Made by a program: the position numbers and the translations under genes. Below are positions 39,083 through 47,255 of a DNA stretch of 64,000 nucleotides, piece by piece; the stretch's first letter is position 1; each line of letters opens with the position of its first letter. Origin of the DNA: an uncultured Alphaproteobacteria bacterium (GTDB taxonomy: Bacteria > Pseudomonadota > Alphaproteobacteria > Rs-D84). The DNA is taken from NCBI GenBank assembly GCA_946623825.1, contig CAMORN010000001.1, forward strand, positions 258,246 to 322,245, written 5' to 3'. The notes under the pieces are model-generated. The model saw only the letters and a list, made by a program, of their open reading frames with translations, was not told the origin of the DNA and did no database searches.

Positions 39083-40090
39083 TTACTTACGTTTGTTTAG
39101 AACATAAAAAATACTTCCAATAAATGTTGTAAATAATGTTACAAAAAACAAATATCTTATAACATGATAAACACTGAAACCCAAAATATCTCTCGCATAC
39201 CAATATTCTATTTGTTCACGTTTATTATCATTTTTGAAATCAATATATTTTGGTTCTACTTTTTTTACACCTTTTTTATCAAAACTTAAACTTATGTATC
39301 CATATTTCTTTATATTTTCATCTCTAATAACTTGACCACTGGATGGGGTTGTATAAAAAGGAACACCTGCAAAATTGTTTTTTTTAAAATAATGAACATG
39401 TCCGAACAACATCACATCAACTTTATATTTTTTTAAAACATTTTCTAACTTATTTTTTGTTAAAACATCTAATTTATCATTACTAATACTTTTTGTAATA
39501 ATTGGTGGAATATGAGAATATATAACACAATTATTAAACATAGGTCTAATTTTTTTCAATGTATCCTCTAACCATTCAAACTGTTCGTCATCTATATTTC
39601 TTGAAGAATTATCCAAAGCTATAAATAAAACATTTCCATAAGAAAACCAATAATACGTATTGCCCATAACATTACGATATGGACGCACATCATATTTATG
39701 TTTTTTAAAAACATCATGATTTCCAGGGACCGCATATAACGGCATGTTTCCAACATGTTTTTTAATTTCGTCTAACAACCAATATTGTCCCAAACTGCTG
39801 GTATGTGTAATGAAATCACCAAGATATAACATAAAACTATAATTTTCATCTGATTTTCTTATATCATCTATAACTTGCTCTAACACATGATTTTCTGCCC
39901 CCGTATCAGACAATACTGCAACAGAAAACTCATTTTGATTTTTAGCAAAAAAATGTGAGGCAGGAGACTTTAAGTAATAGTTTGATTTTGAAAATCTATC
40001 CATTGAACAAACATGAAATACAGATATAAAAAATATACTCAGCACACCTAATATACTTATAACAAAGAAAAATTTATAAACATATTTCAT
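39083..40090 (-). CDS. membrane-anchored calcineurin-like metallophosphoesterase
   Basis: VLSDTG, LYLGDF, VPGNHD, IYSHIPP and LFGHVHY motifs, with N- and C-terminal TM segments. By eye it lies in an AT-richer stretch between tRNA-Gly 3'-end copies. Confidence 0.8.
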   Translation of the reverse strand: MKYVYKFFFVISILGVLSIFFISVFHVCSMDRFSKSNYYLKSPASHFFAKNQNEFSVAVLSDTGAENHVLEQVIDDIRKSDENYSFMLYLGDFITHTSSLGQYWLLDEIKKHVGNMPLYAVPGNHDVFKKHKYDVRPYRNVMGNTYYWFSYGNVLFIALDNSSRNIDDEQFEWLEDTLKKIRPMFNNCVIYSHIPPIITKSISNDKLDVLTKNKLENVLKKYKVDVMLFGHVHYFKKNNFAGVPFYTTPSSGQVIRDENIKKYGYISLSFDKKGVKKVEPKYIDFKNDNKREQIEYWYARDILGFSVYHVIRYLFFVTLFTTFIGSIFYVLNKRK

Positions 40091-40456
40091 AATAGTTCCC
40101 TACATCATATCCATAGATAATTTATTCTTGGTGTGCTATGGTATCACAAAAAAAACGTAATACAAATATATTTTTTTAATGTATAGAAAAATTTTTTACT
40201 ATACGTGATATCGGCTAAGATATATTCTTTGTCAGAATTCCTAACATCAGAATGAATTGAAACAAAACATTAAATAAAAGTCAATGTTATTTTATGAATA
40301 TAAAATACAGTCATTGTAGGTAAAAAAATCGTGTGCTTTTTACAAAAAATACGATAAATTCAAAAAAGTGTCAAGCAAAGTGTCAGGCAAACTGATAAAA
40401 ATGGCTGAATTTCGGGTTAAAACGGACTAAAAAATGCCAAAAAAAGGCGTGATTGT

Positions 40457-40591
40457 GGTTCCCTTTGCTCGCACCAGAAATTATAAACACCCGAAAGGGT
40501 TTTTTTTTTATTGTTGTATTAGCAAAGGGGCGAGAACCCGCAGGGTTGCGAGGCGAGACAACGCAGTTGCCGAAGTACTTTGCTCGCACCA
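40457..40591 (+). repeat. distal copy of the tRNA-Gly-associated unit bracketed by two tRNA 3'-end copies
   Basis: GGTTCCCTTTGCTCGCACCA (40457-40476) is the T-loop/acceptor with a 4-nt deletion. It is followed by the terminator hairpin, GCAAAGGGGCGAGAACCCGCAGGGTTGCGAGGCGAGACAACGCAGTTGCCGAAGTA, and CTTTGCTCGCACCA (40578-40591). Confidence 0.9.
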
Positions 40592-40737
40592 GAAATTATA
40601 AACACCCGAAAGGGTGTTTTTTTTATTTGGTTAAACATGAATAAGTAAAATATTTATAAAATAAATATTGACAAATATATTTATTTGTATATTATATGTA
40701 TAAATAAGTTTTATTTTGTGATAAAGGTTGTAAAAAA

Positions 40738-42027
40738 ATGAAAAGTAAAGATTTAAAGAGTTTTATTGGTGCGTCTGCTTTTATTGGCAGCATGTTAATT
40801 TCTTGTGGTCGTGTTGGTTTACCAGTATCTTCTAAAACCGAAGATAAAACAATTTTACCCAAAAAAGAACAAAAATACGATATTGAAAACGATCAAAGAA
40901 TGCGTCAAAAATATCAAAAAATGTATGCGGATTCTATTCGTTTTGCAAATGGTTATGACAGTATTTGTAACAAAAGTAATATGTTATGGAGAAAAACGGC
41001 AGAGCTTGAATCTCGTGCAGATTCTTTAGCTATGGAAAATTCTTTAGGGGCTGTAATGCAAAGAGAAGTTGAAAGTGCTGCTAATAAAATTCTTAAAGAT
41101 TTTTTAAATAGCGTTTCTGGTGTTTTAAGAATGTATCAAATATCTTTACAAGACTACGTAACAGAAGATAATGATTTTTTATGGTGTTTTAATACTAATG
41201 TACAAAAAGATAATTATGATGGTACGGATTATGTTTTAAAACAACCTTTGATGTATTTTGGTGTTAATACTTGTGGATTTTATGATTCTGAACATGAATT
41301 TAATGAATTGGTCGATATTATAAATCAAATTATTTATGAATCAGATCATGCTAAATCACATAAAAAAGAAATTATGAATAAAATTAATGCTTTGATTAAA
41401 AAGGTAAAGCCAAAATTGATTGCTAGCAGAAAATCTATAGAACGTAAATATTCTGATTATTATGTAGTAATTGACGGACAAGATGCTGCTTTTATATCTT
41501 ATGGAGCAGATGATTGGAATTATGGTTATAGTGATACAGAATATCCAGAAAGACAGGCTGTGGTTAAAGTTACAACTTTAAGTGTATATGGAGAAGATTT
41601 ACCAATAAAATTTTTTGAAGATAAAAAAGCAAAATATGAATTGGTTAATCTAGGAAATAACAGATGGCAAGTAAAAAAGATTTCAAATATAGGTGTGATT
41701 GAAAATACAGCAATATTTACAGCTAAGGACGAAAAGTCTGTTAAAGAATATTATGCGGGGATTGATGCACGTAATTATTCAGAATTTCGTTTTGATCCGG
41801 GACATGATTCTGGTGGAGTACATATTGAAGTAGAGGAAGGTGTAGTTATAAAAAAAGCAAAACAACAATGGTGGCCATCAAGAAATGTTATAAATCAAAT
41901 TGATTCATTAGAAGAGGAATCTATAAAATATGCAAGTCAAGCAGCAAAATTAGAAGAGCAAAAGAAAATAATAAATCAATATGCAGATTCTGTTGCGCGT
42001 GCAATGGTTAACCAATATTGTAAATAG
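40738..42027 (+). CDS. hypothetical lipoprotein (429 aa)
   Basis: The signal ends in LISC (lipobox). A TTGACA-N16-TATTAT promoter lies at about 40669-40696 and a terminator at 42038-42066. Confidence 0.6.
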   Translation: MKSKDLKSFIGASAFIGSMLISCGRVGLPVSSKTEDKTILPKKEQKYDIENDQRMRQKYQKMYADSIRFANGYDSICNKSNMLWRKTAELESRADSLAMENSLGAVMQREVESAANKILKDFLNSVSGVLRMYQISLQDYVTEDNDFLWCFNTNVQKDNYDGTDYVLKQPLMYFGVNTCGFYDSEHEFNELVDIINQIIYESDHAKSHKKEIMNKINALIKKVKPKLIASRKSIERKYSDYYVVIDGQDAAFISYGADDWNYGYSDTEYPERQAVVKVTTLSVYGEDLPIKFFEDKKAKYELVNLGNNRWQVKKISNIGVIENTAIFTAKDEKSVKEYYAGIDARNYSEFRFDPGHDSGGVHIEVEEGVVIKKAKQQWWPSRNVINQIDSLEEESIKYASQAAKLEEQKKIINQYADSVARAMVNQYCK

Positions 42028-42074
42028 TTGTTTAAACAAAAACCGCCATTAATGGCGGTTTTTTGATTTTGTTG

Positions 42075-42118
42075 GCAAAGGGGGGAGTTGCGAGGCGAGG
42101 CAACACAGTTGCCGAAGT
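42075..42118 (+). repeat. partial third copy of the tRNA-Gly-associated unit (no tRNA 3'-end copy)
   Basis: GCAAAGGGGGGAGTTGCGAGGCGAGGCAACACAGTTGCCGAAGT. It keeps the hairpin GGCAAC-ACA-GTTGCC but lacks CGAGAACCCGCA and the CTTTGCTCGCACCA end. Confidence 0.8.
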
Positions 42119-42119
42119 G

Positions 42120-42392
42120 TTATTTCTTTTTTCTGTGTAATTTAAGAATCATGTATAATACGACTGAACTGAATGATAATGTGATGGTGTCGGAAATAAC
42201 CATCTGGATAGATTTCAGGTATATTCCATACAATATCCAAAATACCAAACCGGTACAATATATCAAATACATTGTCAGAGACAATCCAGAAACATCTTTT
42301 GTTTTGATAGATTTTATTGCTTGTGGCAAGAAAGCAATTGTTGTGCATGTGCAACATATACAGCCGATTATTTCACCGATTATTGGATTCAT
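42120..42392 (-). CDS. SemiSWEET (PQ-loop) family transporter
   Basis: 90 aa with three TM helices and AFLPQAIKSIKTKDVSGLSL (PQ motif). Confidence 0.75.
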   Translation of the reverse strand: MNPIIGEIIGCICCTCTTIAFLPQAIKSIKTKDVSGLSLTMYLIYCTGLVFWILYGIYLKSIQMVISDTITLSFSSVVLYMILKLHRKKK

Positions 42393-42645
42393 GATTTTAT
42401 TCCTTTCATTATTCGCAAGCGCATTATATAAATCTGCAAAATTAAAATCAAGTATTCATCAGATTTTTATTGAAAATTTGCAAGATATATGTTATAAATT
42501 ATGTCTGTAAAGAAATCACAACGGGTGGTTAAACAATGAAATTAAATATTAAACGTTTTTTTAATTAAGGGTGCGACCATCAAACAATTTGACGGACGCA
42601 CTGGACTGTGTCCGTTTTTTTATGCTAAAACAAAGGAAAAATAAA

Positions 42646-44112
42646 ATGGCAGAAAACACAAATATATCTACGAACGAATTAACAGCACGTATGCAAAAGG
42701 TTGAAAATATTAAACAACGTGATGGTGTTGTTTGGAAAGATAAATTTGACCGTTCTCATAAAATATGTGAAGCACGTGAATTGGCAGATGAAACCCCTGT
42801 AAAATTGGCGGGTCGTGTCACAGCACTTCGTTGGTTGGGTAAATTGATGTTTGGCCGTATTTATGATATCGAAGGTGAAATTCAATTTTCAATGTCCCGT
42901 GAAGAATTAGGCGAAGAAAATTATAAATTTATGAAATCCAATGTTGATATGGGTGATTTTATCGGTATTACTGGAACTTTGTATCATACAACTGCTGGTG
43001 AATTGACTGTCCGTGTTTCTGGTTATGAAATCTTGGCCAAGGCACTGCGCCCATTACCAGAAAAATTCCATGGCCTTACAGATATGGAAACACGTTATCG
43101 TCAAAGATATTTGGATATTATTTCTAATGAAGAAGCACGCAATGCTTTGCTTGGTCGTTTCAAAATGACACACAATTTGCGTGAATTTATGAACAGAAAT
43201 GGTTTCCTTGAAATAGAAACACCAATTATGCAAAATATTGCATCTGGTGCGGCTGCAAAACCATTTACAACACACCATAATGCGTTGGATGCAGATTTTC
43301 AATTGCGTATTTCCCCAGAATTATTCTTGAAACAGGCAATTGGTGCGGGTTTTGACCGTGTTTATGAAGTTGCAAAAGATTTCCGTAACGAAGGTATGGA
43401 CGCAATGCACCTGCAAGAATTTACAATGATTGAATGGTATGCTGCATATTGGGATTATAAACGTAACATAGATTTCACATGGGAAATGGTGCAAGAATTA
43501 ATTCAAAAGGCACGCGGAACATTGCAAATTGAATACCAAGGTACAATGTTAGATTTCTCTAAATATGAAATGATAGATTACACTGCCAGAATGAATGAAT
43601 TGTTTGGTTGTGATATTCTTGAATTTAATGATGTAGATAAATTGCGCAAACAATTATATGACAATGGTATGTTCCCAGTTGGTGAATTGGACGATTTGAA
43701 ATCGATACCTACATTGGTTGATTATGTTTATAAACGCAAAATCCGTAACCAAATCGTTCAACCTACATTTTTGTATAACTATCCAACATATATGGTGCCA
43801 TTGGCGCGTCATAACGACAATGACGACCGCAGATTAGATATGTATCAATTGTTGGTTGCTGGTGGTGAATTATGCAAGGGTTATTCAGAACTTGTAAATC
43901 CAATGCAACAATTGGCTGCATTTGAAGAACAGGCAAAAAATATTGCTGGTGGCGAAGAAGAAGCTTTTAACCCAGATAACGATTTCGTTCGTGCTATGGA
44001 ACATGGTTTTCCACCAATTTCAGGTGTGGGTATGGGTATTGACCGTTTAGCTATGATTGTGTTCAATCAACCAACCGCACGTGATGTTATCTTGTTCCCA
44101 ATAATGAAATAA
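42646..44112 (+). CDS. lysS: lysine--tRNA ligase, class II
   Basis: OB-fold N-domain, RYRQRYLDII, FLEIETPIMQ (motif 2 region), and GMGIDRLAMI (motif 3). The start was trimmed to ATG 42646 (AAAGGAAAA RBS). Confidence 0.93.
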   Translation: MAENTNISTNELTARMQKVENIKQRDGVVWKDKFDRSHKICEARELADETPVKLAGRVTALRWLGKLMFGRIYDIEGEIQFSMSREELGEENYKFMKSNVDMGDFIGITGTLYHTTAGELTVRVSGYEILAKALRPLPEKFHGLTDMETRYRQRYLDIISNEEARNALLGRFKMTHNLREFMNRNGFLEIETPIMQNIASGAAAKPFTTHHNALDADFQLRISPELFLKQAIGAGFDRVYEVAKDFRNEGMDAMHLQEFTMIEWYAAYWDYKRNIDFTWEMVQELIQKARGTLQIEYQGTMLDFSKYEMIDYTARMNELFGCDILEFNDVDKLRKQLYDNGMFPVGELDDLKSIPTLVDYVYKRKIRNQIVQPTFLYNYPTYMVPLARHNDNDDRRLDMYQLLVAGGELCKGYSELVNPMQQLAAFEEQAKNIAGGEEEAFNPDNDFVRAMEHGFPPISGVGMGIDRLAMIVFNQPTARDVILFPIMK

Positions 44113-44127
44113 AAAAAGGAAACATAT

Positions 44128-45534
44128 ATGTCAAATCTTGATGACATACAAGATGTGTTTTTACGCACAAAATTGCACGACGAAAAAAACATATCTGTCA
44201 TAAACGAAGCCTGTGAAGAAGGTCGCATAGATGAAGCGAGCAGGGATTATCTGTTAAATTTATACACAGATTCAATGGATTGGTTCCGTGAGGTGTTCTT
44301 GTATATCGGTAAATGTTTTGGTGCACCAAAGGCGGCTGTGCACGCATACGATTATTCAAAAGATGCCGTGATAGATTCACCGATTACAATATCATCTATT
44401 AATCCGCTTGAACCATATCTGGTTAACCATCGTCTGGACGATGATCCGATGCGTAATCAATTTTTTATGCTGACAGACAGACATAAAATAGATTTGGCTG
44501 TGTCTTCTATTATTACTGTAATTGTTGGTGCACAAAAAAGCATAAATCGTGCCATAGAAAAGATAACTGGTAAATACTATGATGATTATGTAAAAGATGT
44601 TGCAAAAACAGCATATGATGTTATTGCAAAAACAGGCCGCGAAGCATCTGCACGTGCAATATCTGAAAAAATCAAAGAAACATTTTCTAAAGATTTTATA
44701 ACAGATGCGTCTGAAACTGTTCTTGAAATAATCGGTTCCAGCCACAATCAAATTGCTGCAAATATGGTTCGTGAATTGGATAAAATTAAGAAACCGTATG
44801 AAAGATTGGAAGATGTTTGGCGTATTAAATGTTTATTTGATTTGGTACCTCAGGCACGCACATTTATTGAACGCGTTTGCAAAATGTGGCCTGAAAAAAT
44901 CATAGATGTTCGTGATAAATTTTTTGATATTACAAATCCACGTGGTTATCGTGATGCAAAATTGGTTTTGAATATCGGACATAACGGGGCAATTGTTCCA
45001 ATGGAAATAATTTGTCAGGTTCGTACATTTTTTGAATTTGAACACCAAACACATTCTGTGTATGAAAAATCAAGAAAAATCAAAACTGCAACTGCGCACA
45101 GCAGGGAACAATTGGAAAATCAAACAGAAACTCTGCACATAGAAGGCGTAAAAAAATACAATGCTATGATTTGTGATTGTGTAGATGATTTGTTTGACCG
45201 AATTGGTTGGAATATTTTGTACAGTGATGGTGATACTGATATGTTGTTTGATGGTTTCCCAAGAATATCTACAATATATTATCCACAAAAAATAACCGAT
45301 ATAATTATGGAAAAAGTTGATAATGCGGTTGAAAACGAAGTTTTCTTTGTACAAAATGCACCTACAAAATTGAGTAAAGACCAAGAAATCAGAATTTTCC
45401 GTTGGATGGCTAAATTTATATTGGTTTCCGCAATGCCGTATTCTTATTCAGATTGGACGGTTAACACGGATACAATGTCCGGAAAATTCTTTAATTTTAT
45501 AATGAAAGAATTGCAAAGATATTATAAAAAATAG
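44128..45534 (+). CDS. orphan protein with RelA/SpoT-type nucleotidyltransferase (alarmone-synthetase-like) core
   Basis: Residues about 215-320 (DVWRIKCLFDLVPQARTFIERV ... ITNPRGYRDAKLVLNI ... VPMEIICQVRTFFEFEHQTHSVYEKSR) align with small alarmone synthetase blocks (DLAGIRII ... KPNGYRSLHLIV ... PVEVQIRT...EH...YK). The long flanking regions are unrecognised. Confidence 0.6.
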   Translation: MSNLDDIQDVFLRTKLHDEKNISVINEACEEGRIDEASRDYLLNLYTDSMDWFREVFLYIGKCFGAPKAAVHAYDYSKDAVIDSPITISSINPLEPYLVNHRLDDDPMRNQFFMLTDRHKIDLAVSSIITVIVGAQKSINRAIEKITGKYYDDYVKDVAKTAYDVIAKTGREASARAISEKIKETFSKDFITDASETVLEIIGSSHNQIAANMVRELDKIKKPYERLEDVWRIKCLFDLVPQARTFIERVCKMWPEKIIDVRDKFFDITNPRGYRDAKLVLNIGHNGAIVPMEIICQVRTFFEFEHQTHSVYEKSRKIKTATAHSREQLENQTETLHIEGVKKYNAMICDCVDDLFDRIGWNILYSDGDTDMLFDGFPRISTIYYPQKITDIIMEKVDNAVENEVFFVQNAPTKLSKDQEIRIFRWMAKFILVSAMPYSYSDWTVNTDTMSGKFFNFIMKELQRYYKK

Positions 45535-45670
45535 CAAATCAAAGGGGTGAAACATAAGATTTCATCCCTTTCTTATTTTCTTGCGTTTTATTTCCGTTTT
45601 AATGTAAAATATAAACAGGTTATTGAAAGGGTTTGCAATAACCATAACAAGCATAACAAAGGATTCGATT

Positions 45671-46006
45671 ATGCGTCAAGGAAAGGTAAAATGGTATAAC
45701 GGTAAAAAATGCTTTGGCTTTATTACCCCAGATACACCAAATCAAGATGGAAATACAGACGATGTGTTTGTTCATTCCAGTGCATTAAAGGCAGCAGAAA
45801 TTCGTTTTTTAAATGAAAATGATATTGTTGAATTTGAAGAAGAAGTCAGAAATGGCAAATTATCAGTAACAACATTGAAACTGATACAAAGGGACGAAGA
45901 ATCTGCAAGAAGATTCCAAGAACGTCGTGCAGAAAGACGACGCGCAATAGAAGGTCGCAAACAGAGAGAAGAAAAGAAACATGGTTTCGCTTTCTGGAAA
46001 AAATAA
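45671..46006 (+). CDS. cold-shock domain protein with Arg/Lys-rich C-terminal extension
   Basis: MRQGKVKWYNGKKCFGFITPD...VFVHSSAL (RNP1/RNP2-like), then RRFQERRAERRRAIEGRKQREEKK. The start was trimmed to ATG 45671. Confidence 0.85.
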   Translation: MRQGKVKWYNGKKCFGFITPDTPNQDGNTDDVFVHSSALKAAEIRFLNENDIVEFEEEVRNGKLSVTTLKLIQRDEESARRFQERRAERRRAIEGRKQREEKKHGFAFWKK

Positions 46007-46046
46007 AAATCTTTATAAATAAAAAAAACGCCCGTTTGGGCGTTTT

Positions 46047-46646
46047 TTAATATGTTTTTCCGGTGTGTTCACGTGCGATTTTAATAATACCAGGTAATGG
46101 GTATTCGCGGAACATAAATTTTTTAGTTTCTTTATCTGTATATCTTAAATTTTTGCGAACAAATCCTTCTGGTAAAACAGAATCAAAATATTGTACATCT
46201 TTCCAACCGTTTTGATTTGGTAATTGGTATGGATAATATTGTTGTGGAACATTATTTATGATTATTGCATTGAAAGGAATATTGTTTTTTCCAAAAAATG
46301 TTACACGATGTTGACCGTCTATCAGAAGTGGTTGATTATCTATTATTTCAACGATAGGTGGGGTCAAAGAGTATTCAGAATCAAGTGTTTTATATTCAAT
46401 AAAGCCCTTTAATTTCGCAATATCTATATTTTTGTTCATAAAATAATCGTTCAAAACCCTTATATTATATACTTGGTCCCATAAAACAAAATATTGTGTT
46501 GGTAAAACATCTTTTGCAGTGATTTCTGAAATATAAATATCTGATTGTACAAATGGTTTAATGTTTTTATTGCCACGCAGAGTTGTATTTTTCATAATGT
46601 TTAATAATTCTTGTTCTGGGTGCATGGTGTATTCTAATATTTTCAC
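46047..46646 (-). CDS. ParB/sulfiredoxin-like nuclease-domain protein
   Basis: DVLPTQ... and PLLIDGQHRV (DGxHR box). The GTG start directly follows AAGGAAAGGAAA. Confidence 0.55.
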   Translation of the reverse strand: MKILEYTMHPEQELLNIMKNTTLRGNKNIKPFVQSDIYISEITAKDVLPTQYFVLWDQVYNIRVLNDYFMNKNIDIAKLKGFIEYKTLDSEYSLTPPIVEIIDNQPLLIDGQHRVTFFGKNNIPFNAIIINNVPQQYYPYQLPNQNGWKDVQYFDSVLPEGFVRKNLRYTDKETKKFMFREYPLPGIIKIAREHTGKTY

Positions 46647-46712
46647 TTTCCTTTCCTTTTTTTATACTTATAATAAGATACCGAATACTAGTAAAATGAA
46701 AGGAAAAAAGCA

Positions 46713-47231
46713 ATGACTTTTTATTTTGATATGGACGGTGTTTTGGCAGATTTTGATTCGTCTGCACCAAAAAACAGTCAATCTTTAAATCATCCGTCTG
46801 AATCTATGTCTGATACAGAAAAACAAGCAAAAAAACAATTCTGGCAAACCATAGAACAAAATAAAAATTTTTGGCGTGATATTCCTGTTTTTGCTGGTGT
46901 TAAAGAAGTCTTGAAATCTGCACAAGCCAAAGGTGAAATATTCGTTTTAACAAAAACACCATCTGCAAAACATTTTGTCGGTGGTCAAGATTATGTAGAT
47001 TTTGTTACAAAAGAAAAAATAGATTGGATATTGAAAAATATGGCTGAATTTTTTGATAAAAAACATATTATCGTATGTGATGGTAAAAAGGGTGCTTTGA
47101 TAAACCCGACCGCAGACGATATTTTAATAGATGACAGAGCGGAAAACATAACAGAATGGGAACAGCATAACGGTCGTGGAATATTGTTTGATGAAATATC
47201 CCGTGTAATTAAAGAAATAAATAAATTATAA
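46713..47231 (+). CDS. HAD-superfamily 5'(3')-deoxyribonucleotidase-like protein
   Basis: MTFYFDMDGVLADF (DxDGV motif I), VLTKTP (motif II-like), and IDDRAEN (motif IV-like). Confidence 0.65.
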   Translation: MTFYFDMDGVLADFDSSAPKNSQSLNHPSESMSDTEKQAKKQFWQTIEQNKNFWRDIPVFAGVKEVLKSAQAKGEIFVLTKTPSAKHFVGGQDYVDFVTKEKIDWILKNMAEFFDKKHIIVCDGKKGALINPTADDILIDDRAENITEWEQHNGRGILFDEISRVIKEINKL

Positions 47232-47255
47232 AAAAACACCCAAACGGGTGTTTTT

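Noticed and set aside
40669-40710. A dif-like site (TGTATATTAT core) near the XerC/D-containing window.
   Set aside because: Only about 10 nt match the E. coli dif centre and the flanking Xer-binding arms do not. The sequence is better explained as TTGACA-N16-TATTAT, the promoter of the 40738 lipoprotein gene.
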